Position numbers and translations under genes: made by a program. From NCBI GenBank assembly GCA_002104945.1, contig MCFH01000054.1:186001-250000 (forward strand): DNA of 64,000 bases, in the 5' to 3' direction. Below, one piece after another: positions 54,651 to 64,000 of this stretch. The DNA is from Piromyces finnis finn (lineage: Eukaryota; Fungi; Neocallimastigomycota). Position 1 is the first letter of the stretch. Each line of letters opens with the position of its first letter. The notes under the pieces are model-generated. The model had not been told where the DNA came from, did no database searches, and saw only the letters and a program-made list of their open reading frames with translations.

Positions 54651-57600
54651 TTTATTATGAACTATTATTATATTTATTTATTTTTTAAAATAAAGGTTGT
54701 GTTAACAAACATATCTTTTATATTATTGATTATTTTTTATATCTTTTTTATAATTGTTTTACCTAATTTTGTTGATTATTATTATTATTAATATTATTAT
54801 TATATAAACTAATCTTTGTATAATTAATAAAACTTTAAAGTTTTTCCAGTGTAATTATACAACAAAAAGCGGGTTTTTTTTTTAAAAAAAATACCCAAAT
54901 TAAACCTATTTTTATTATTAATAATTAAATTATTAATATATTGTTTCATATGACTGTTAAATATATAAAGTATATTAATATGTTTAGTTAAATTTCTTTT
55001 CTCAAATATATTCTTTTATTATTCTAATCATTTTTATTTTTTTTTTTATTTGTTCTATTTTATTCTATCTTTTTTTATATATATAATTTTTCTTTGAATA
55101 TAATTTATTGTTATATGAATTATATGAAATGAAACATTACTGTAATTGATTATAATAATATCAAAAAGTTAAATGTTTATTACTTTTATGGTTTGCAATT
55201 TATTTTTATTTTTTTTTTTTTTTGGTATTATTGGTTTTGTTATTTCCAATTTACAATTCTTTTTCTTGCTATGCTTTGTTTATCCTTTTTTCTTTTTAAT
55301 TATTTTTATTATATTTATGTTATTCTTTTTTTCAATTTTTTGTATTGATTTATATTTTGAGTAATATAATACTTTTTAATATATTATATTACTTGTTTGT
55401 TTTTTATACTTTTATATATATATATATATATAAAGAATTAATTATTTATTGTTTTTCTTTTATTTATTCTTTTTTCTTTTTTAAAAAAAAATAATTAAAT
55501 TTATCACTAAAGAAAGTTTTATATAAATATTCTTTTTAATGTATTATTTATTATTAATTACTGTTATAATTGCTTTATCCAATAGAATTATTATACAATT
55601 ATTTCAAATAAACAAAAGAAGAGTAATAAAATAAGAATTAAAAAAAAAAAAAAAGGAAAGAAAAAGCTTTCTAAAAAAAAATAATAGTTTTATTTTTTCT
55701 ATTTTTTTTTTTTTTTTTTTAATTTTATTTTATTATAAAAGTTGTTTTAATAAAATAACTTTTGTTTGTTTGTTTGTTTTTTTAAATAAATTCAGCTTAA
55801 TGCCTCTCTTTATCAGAACTTTTTTCTTGTTAAAAAAAACAATTGCAAAAAAAAAAAAAAAAAAAAAAAAATAAAATAAAATAAAAAATTTTTTTTCTTT
55901 CTTTGTAAAAATTATAATAATAATAATATATAGTATTTCATATTTTAATATATGAAAAAATAAAATATTAAAATATTCAATATATAATTTTTTTTTTTTT
56001 TTTTTTAGATATTAAATTGAGTAATAATGATTATTGAAATAATAGTTATCTACTTAAAAATAATAATAATAATACTAAACAAACAACTGCTAAATACTTG
56101 TGTATTTTTAATAAAAGTACTTGATCTTTATAAAAGTATTTAATTCTAGTATAGTTTATATTATTAATCATTAGGAATAAAACATTCATTCCAATATATC
56201 AACCTTTAAAAATTAATATATAATAAATTAAACTTTTAAAATTAATAATAAAAAAAAACGCTTTCAACGATGATTAAAGTTTTAAAAACATTTATAATTA
56301 ATACCAATTTCTTGCTTTTTTAATTTTTGTTTCTCGCTATAAAATGAGTAGAAAAAAAAAAAAAAAAAGGTACAATAAAAGAATTCATAAAAAAATACAA
56401 AAGAATAATCTTATCTATTTTCCATTCATACAATACAAGATTTATTATTAAAACTAAACAGAATTAATTATTATTTAACCAACAATAAAAATTTTTTTAA
56501 AGTAAAAAAAAAAGGTTCTGGTACTCTTCTTTGTTCCAAAAACATAAACAGGTTACTACCATAGCAGTAGCATTCATCTGAATTGATGTATTGTACATAA
56601 AGTCAACAGAATTTCATAGTACTATTATACACCTTTAATTATTATTTAAAATACTGATATATGATTGGTTAGACTTAATCTATTTCTTTTTAATGAAATT
56701 AAATAATTTAATTAAATAATATATATTAAATTTTTATTATATACATTAATGTATCAATATACATTTTAAATGTACATATTTTATTACATTATGCTACATA
56801 ATCTTTTTATAGAAATTCTAATCATTTCATATTATCAAGGGATGATATTAGAAAAAGGCAATAGAATAATAAAAAGTTTCTTCATAATGGTTTCATCTTT
56901 TTTTATAATACTATGAAATTTTAAGAATTACAATAAAAGAAATACTTTATATTTTACTCTATATCTATGAATCTTTATCTATAAAAGAAATACTTTTTAT
57001 TTTATTTAAATTATTGTGAATTATATTATATTATGCCTCATTCTTAGATATGCGATATATGAGAATTATATCTAGTAGATTAAACATAATAAAGAATATC
57101 ATTTATGATAGTGGAGTGTTCATGACATTCTTTTATAAAGTATAAATGATTTAGTTTGTAAACTTATTAACCCTGTATATGAATAAAACAATAAAACTAG
57201 TTTTATACTTGAAAGAAGAGCATTCTATAATCCGTTATTTTCATTATACCTCAATTAATATAAATAATCCAAAGTTTAATTGAAGCTTGTTAAAACTAAT
57301 GAACATACTAGTATGTGTTTGTTAAAATTATAATGTTACTCGTATCAAAATAAATATAATTATAATAGTTATATGATTAATACAAATAAAAAAATAGTTT
57401 AATATTCAGGTTATATTATTGTTTTAATGTTTAGAGTATCGTTAAATATATATTTTTATGAAACTATTATTTTAATGCTATTTTAATATTTATTATATAT
57501 TTTTATTTTAATTATTAAATAAACACTCATACTTGATTTTATATGAAATAATATAGTCATTATTTAAAGATATTTATTAATTATAGGTTTATAGTTTTTT

Positions 57601-57841
57601 TTCTTTTTTAATATATAATGATAATTATAGTTTTTTAAAAAAAAAGATATCTATAAAAAAAAAAAAGAAAAAAAAATTACTTAAAAAAAAAGTAATTTTT
57701 TTTTATAAATAATAAATATTTATATTTTTCAATTTAAAACTTTTCATTTTAATTTTTTTTTTTTTTTTTATATTTATGTATATATATTGTTTTTAACAAC
57801 TGAAAGTATCAAAACTTTTAATTATTTTATAATATTATTTA

Positions 57842-60800
57842 TTATTCCTTGTCATTATTTTTGTCTTTAGAATTTACTATATTATCTAGAGATTTATGCT
57901 TTGTAAGTTCATTTAATACTTGTTCATTAACTGGTAATATTGATTTCCTTCTGAATCTTGGAACTTCAACAATTTCAGCTGGGTTAACCTTTTCCTATTA
58001 TTATTAAATTAAAAAGGGTTAAAATTTTAGTTATTTGATTTGATATATTTTATTTATAAATATATATGATATATTATTGTTTTTTTTTTAAAAGAAAAGA
58101 AAAATAATATAATTACTAATTCTTTAGTTAATTTATCCAAGTTTTCCAAGTTACCATCAACATCATCCATTGTAGGTGACGTTGGTGCTATTAAATATAA
58201 AAATATATGGAATGGAATCATTTATATATATGATGATAGGCTGAATTAGTAACCTTTTTAATATTAAATTTATAATTCATTATTACGCTTACAAATTGGA
58301 GCAACTTTATTTGATGTGTATGGCTTTTCGATAGTTTCACAATCATTTGCTGTTTGTATGTTACTATTTTCTGCTCTATTTTTAGCTAGTTGTTCAATAA
58401 TTTTCCATTTCTCTTCTCTTTCTTGTTGCATTTGTTTTTTACTATTTATAAAAGTAGGACGAATTTAATCGTTAGAATATTTACTTTTATATAGAGATTT
58501 AATTAAAATAAAATATATTTTATGTATTTATAGGATAGTATACATTTGTCTATTTTCTTTATATTGATTTGTGTATTCATCAAATAATTTTGGACTAATT
58601 TCCATTATTAGTTTTAATGCATTATATACTAAGCCATGAATTGATCTTTAAAGTTAAAAAATTAAATATAAATTATTTCATTAAATTATTTATTTTTATT
58701 ATTTTTAAATCTATATTTTTATTATGGGAAGAAAACTTACGGATTCCAATGAGTTTTTGAATTTTTGTAAAGAGGTGTAAACATAATTGGAAGGATGATA
58801 TTAGCATTATCACTAATTAAATTTAATATGTAATCATTATTCCAATAGAATAAAGCTCTTTCAGCAACTTGGAAGTGTGAACTTGAAACACATTTGGCTA
58901 ATTGATTAAATAATGGAACTTGAATCTTTACAAATTCTTGTGGATCAATAATGTCAAGAATTTCTTCCATTTCATTTAAGAACATAACTTCTTTGGAACT
59001 ATTAACCTTTGGCCATAATCTTAATAAACCTAAAATAACCTAAAAATTATCATACAAAATTTATTAGTGTATTATTAATAGGATTGTAATTATTTCAATA
59101 TATTATAATGATATTATTGTTGTTATTAATTAATAATTTTTTGTAGTTACAGGTTCAGTTAAAGTTGGATCTTTTTCTAAAAATTGAACGACACAATATG
59201 CTAATTGCGGATGATATAATGCCAAACATTTTCCTTTATGAAGTGGAATTAATACTCTAATTAAAAATACCTTGTGTTCTTCCTTAAGTGGGAGAGCAAA
59301 ACCATTAATAATACTTTTTATTATATATTATACATTTTTATTAATATTATTTTGAAATATAAAGAGTTAAAAAAAAAAAAATCAATCTATTTTATAGGTT
59401 TGTCATTTACCTTCCAAGAATTTCTAATAATTCAGCAATACCATTATGTCTTTCATTTTCATATATAAATTGGAAAAATACATAGTTCATTGAACGTCTA
59501 ATAAAAGCTCTTAAATTTAAGAACTTTCCGTAAATTCTGTGTAATGTTGTTTTAAGGAAATCTCTTTCTCTTGGATCTTCACTATCAAATAATTCTAAAA
59601 GCTATTTAAATTTTTAAATTTAATTTTTTTTAAATTTTATTAATAAATATATTTTTTTTTTCCTTTTTCTTTTATTTTTTTGGTAATTAATAATAATAAC
59701 ACATACACAAATAATAAAGTGTTGATCAATATAATGTTTTCCAATATTAGTATTAAAATCAGAAGATTCAATAAATCTTAAGAAAAATTCATAAACAATT
59801 TGAAGATGTGGCCAAGCTACTTCTAAAACAGGTTCATCATCTTCAGGATCAAAAGCATCACCTTCTGGATTAACTTGTGGTGGTATTGTTCTGAATAAAT
59901 TAGTTGAAAACTATAGTTTTTTTATTATTTTAATATATTATGTATTAATGATCAAATTTCTTTTGTTTCTTTTTTTTTATATAACTATTATATGATTTAT
60001 ATTAAATAATAATGAAAGAAAAAGAATAAACACCATTTTAATAATTTCAGGATATAATGGTTCAGTTATAACACCTTTATTATTAGTAATGTATTCTACT
60101 AATTCAATTAATGTTTGTCTCTTTATTTCTTTTCCTTTTAAGTTTGATTGTGCATCTGTAAAATCAAAGATAACATTACATTGATTAAGCTTTTTAATAA
60201 ACAATTCTTGTCTGTCAGATGGTGGAACATCTTTTTATTTTATTTTATTTTAATGAATAAATAATATTATAACAGGTGTATATGAATATTTTCGAAATTA
60301 ATTTATTTTATAGTATAAAAATAATTTTTATTTTTTTTTATATTAATTTTTAATTTATATTTATATTTTTACCTTTGAATTTTACTAATTTTTCTAATTC
60401 AATTTGGCCAGTAACATGGAATCTAGAAGATGCTTGTCTTTTTGGTGTTTTAATAACTGGAATAGCATCTTTTGCGGATCCTTGTTTTAATCTACTAATT
60501 TGATTAATAACTTTTGGAATTTCTTTTGTGTCATTTTGTTTTTGTTCGGATTCCTTTTTAATATTGAATGAATATAAAAATTAGTTTTTTTTTAAACATT
60601 TAATATATTAAATCCGATAGTTATAATGATTTAAGAAATTGTGTTTTTTTTTAAAAGATATATATATATTTATTATTATTATAATATATATATTTATTTG
60701 AATTATTGAAAATTATATAATAGAGTAATAAAATATATTATATATATATTTAAAAAAAATGTTAGTAGATAATTTAATATTTTGATATATGAATGTTATT

Positions 60801-61163
60801 GAAAAAAAATTACTTTTTTTGAGTTTGAAGCTACAGATGGAACAGCATCTTTTTTAACTCCTTCTCTTTTTGGAGAAGATGATTCTTTTCCACTATCAGA
60901 ATTTTTTGAACTTTTAGAACTTTTTGTACTAGATGAATCTGATGGTTTATTTTTCGAAATCTATTTTTTTATTTTTTTTTATTTTTTTATTTTTTTTATT
61001 TTATTTTAATAATATTAAAGAAAGAAGTATTTAAATATGTATATTTAAAAATATATTGATAATTTTTTATGATTGTTTTTAATTATTATTAAATATTATA
61101 TTATAAAAAAAAAAATTGAACAATGTGTACAGAAAGCATTACTCTGTTCTTTAATCCCTTCAT
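57842..61163 (-). CDS. RTS1: PP2A regulatory B56/B' subunit (Rts1/PPP2R5); about 12 exons
   Basis: [15 protein letters not shown]...KEIKRQTL; [15 protein letters not shown]; [24 protein letters not shown]; [26 protein letters not shown]; [15 protein letters not shown]; [11 protein letters not shown]; [15 protein letters not shown]; RRKSILP. Confidence 0.97.
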
Positions 61164-63196
61164 TTTTTATTACTTATTTCCAAATAAAAATATTATTTTA
61201 AGTATTTCTTTTTTTTTTTATTTTTTTTATATATATATTTATTTTTAAAATAGATTAATGATAATTTTTATTTTGAATAAATAATAAAGAAATGCTTAAT
61301 TTATTATTTATATTATCCGATAGAAATAAGAAAAAAAGACTTTTGTTAATTAATAATTATTGTAGTATTATATTATACCAGAATTATTATTATTATTATT
61401 AATAAATAATATTAATTAAGAATTGTTTATGCATTTCGAATTATCGCAAGTAATGATATAGTTAAATCCATTTTAATTATGTATATTAATATAAAAAATA
61501 TATATAAAATAAGAGATTTTTATTAATTATGTTTTTCTATTAAGAATATATAAAATCTTTTGTTTGATATATATATTTCATTTTTTCATCTTTTCAAAAG
61601 TTATATTATGTTTACATTTATAATATTCTATAATTATTCCTGCTTGTTTTCTTTTAAATTTTCTAAATGTAATTAATTCCTTTGGCAATGATTTATTATT
61701 ATTACACTTCCAGAAATAAAAATATATTTTTTTTTTATTAAAATTAAAAAAAAAAAAAAAAAAAAAAAGAAATATTCTATCTATTATTATTAATGAATAT
61801 ATTTTTTAGTATAAAGTCTAAATGATATAAAATTCTAAAATATTTATATATAATAATTCATCATAACAATTAATAATAAAAAAGTTTTTTTTTATAACAC
61901 TTTTAAATTTTCATTAAATATTAATCTATAGACAAATGAATTTATAGATTTTATTTTATTCTATTTCTAAATTCTTCATTAAAGTATATTATATAAAAAA
62001 TTATGTTTGGTAATTAATAATAATTAAAGTTAAGTTTAAATGAATTCTATAATTATCTTTTTTTTTATGTATATATATATATACATTTAAATAAATATAA
62101 ATTTTTAATTTTTTTTAATTATATATAACAATTAAAGAATCGTATTTTATAAAGTTAGCATTTTATCCTATTTCCATTTGAATCAAATTACCTATAAAAT
62201 GATATATATTATAAATATCATTTTAAGTTTAATTATAATTATTTTTTGTATACAGTTAGGTTAAATAAGGTTTTATTTTTTAGATTGACATTTATGCAAT
62301 TATAATTTTATAATATATATAAGTAAAGATATCCAACTAATTTTTTTTTTTTTTTTTTTTTTTTTTTTGTTCATTTTTTTTTAGTTATAAAGAATTAATC
62401 TTTGTTTGTATATATTACATAAATATTTAAAGAAAAAAAAAATGTTTAATTTTTTCCAGAACATATATTATAAAAGTAAGAATAAACGCATAACACGCTT
62501 TTTAAAAATTTATCTATTTAATATTTTATATATATTTGAATAAAGAGTATTACATACTACATTTTTACCATTATATTTATAATACTATACAATATAAAAG
62601 CAGGCATAAAATTAAGATGAAACTCTAATATTTTATATAATATGAATTGCTTTTAATTATTATAGTTTTAAGTTATATATATATATATATATATATATAC
62701 ATCGAGTTACTAATTTAAATATTTTTTTTAGTTTATAAATCTAAAATTATAATATAATAAAAAAGTAAAAAAGATAAATAAATGAAATGTTTTTATTTAT
62801 ATAATCAATAAATGTAGTATTTACATTGATACATGCATGTATTAAATAATAAATAACATATATATATGATATATAATTTTGTTCATTTTATTTATTAATT
62901 TATATTTAAGTCATAAATTTTATTATTGTAGTGTGTATAGTTTTATTAATTTTAGTGTGTGTTTTTTATAAAGAAAATTTTTATTACAATTGTTTAAAAA
63001 ATAGAGCATTAATTTATTGAATATAATAAAAAATGTATGAATAATATTATGAAATTAATGTAAAATATCAATATAAATATTATAGTAAACAACATAGAAA
63101 AAAAGTATAAAGTATATATTTAATATAAAAAAAAAATAAATTGAGACAAAAAAAAAAGTTTAAAGAAAATGAAAAGATATAATAGTTTTAGAGAAA

Positions 63197-63505
63197 TTAC
63201 ACTTTGTTTGATTTTAATGATTCTTCATTTCCTGATGAAACTCGTGATTTTTTAATTATTGCTTTTCTTGTTGGAACAAATATGCTTTTTTTTAGAAAAA
63301 TGATAACAAATATAAAAAGTATATATAAATATTAGAAATTAAAACATTATTTTATTATATTGTATTTAATTATGATAAAAGAATGATAATAGGATAGTTA
63401 CCATAGTAATAATGTTATAAAAATAAGAGCTAAATATATGAAAAGGAAATAATTGTATCCGTATGATAAATATTTTAATTTTTGAATTTGAATACCAAAT
63501 ATTTC

Positions 63506-63578
<73 letters not shown>

Positions 63579-64000
63579 GTTATTATTATTCAAGAATATA
63601 TATTATTTAATAATTTTTAGTGTTTTAATATTTAAAAGCTTAATTTATAATATATTATTAATAGTTTTATAAAATTACTTTGGGAAGTAGTATATTTAGC
63701 ATAACCTCCTAGAGCCGTTGATAAAAATTGAACAATTGCAACAGTAGTGAATAATATAATACCAACATTATATAACAATGAATTCATTAATGTACCTTTA
63801 ATACTATATAATAAATATTTTTTTTTTTAGGTTAGAACTATATATGTGTATATATATGTATAATCTATTTTTTAATTATTATATTTATTATTTTTCATAC
63901 ACTAATGGATGAATTGCAAATATTTCGAATTTCATGCCAAATTTCATACTTCCATTGATTACAGAAGTTAATAACCAAAATGCTAATGCAGAATAAAGAG
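63197..64000 (-). CDS. 3' part (last 4 exons) of a LIMR/LMBR1-family membrane protein; 5' end lies beyond the window
   Basis: Spliced: LYSALAFWLLTSVINGSMKFGMKFEIFAIHPLVIKGTLMNSLLYNVGIILFTTVAIVQFLSTALGGYAKYTTSQKIFGIQIQKLKYL..., which resembles the LIMR-family motif IHPMxxxxTLMNSFLFNVGLIL...QF...F..YA...IFG. Confidence 0.78.
63506..63590. repeat. (TTA)n microsatellite in the LIMR gene intron
   Basis: About 27 TTA units. They explain the poly-N and poly-L ORFs in the track. Confidence 0.92.

Overview
Eukaryotic, extremely AT-rich and intron-dense genomic DNA. The composition, the roughly 100 short spliceosomal introns, the fungal-type orthologs and a flagellum-associated gene together point to an anaerobic gut fungus (Neocallimastigomycota); this is an inference. 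I reconstructed 12 loci by hand: a divergent bHLH-like factor (+), a disrupted intronless Rpn/PD-(D/E)XK nuclease gene of probable bacterial origin (+), VPS41 (-), UBC9 (+), YRA1/ALYREF (-), CSF1/BLTP1 (-), a CFAP92/KIAA1257-like gene (+), SGF73/ATXN7 (+), ASA1/GNB1L (-), NOT1 (-), PP2A B56/RTS1 (-) and the 3' end of a LIMR/LMBR1-family gene (-). The main observation is two independent minor-spliceosome (U12-type) AT-AC introns, one in CSF1 (34607-34679, -) and one in SGF73 (42974-43062, +). Each has a perfect ATATCCTTT 5' site, a CCTTAAT branch site 13-16 nt from an AC 3' end, and splicing restores a conserved-looking reading frame. Also notable are a long YRA1 intron at the same codon as the autoregulatory intron of yeast YRA1, and the Rpn gene. 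Protein identities come from recalled family motifs, not database searches. Single-base homopolymer frameshifts in CSF1 and CFAP92 suggest assembly indel errors, which limits any pseudogene call.
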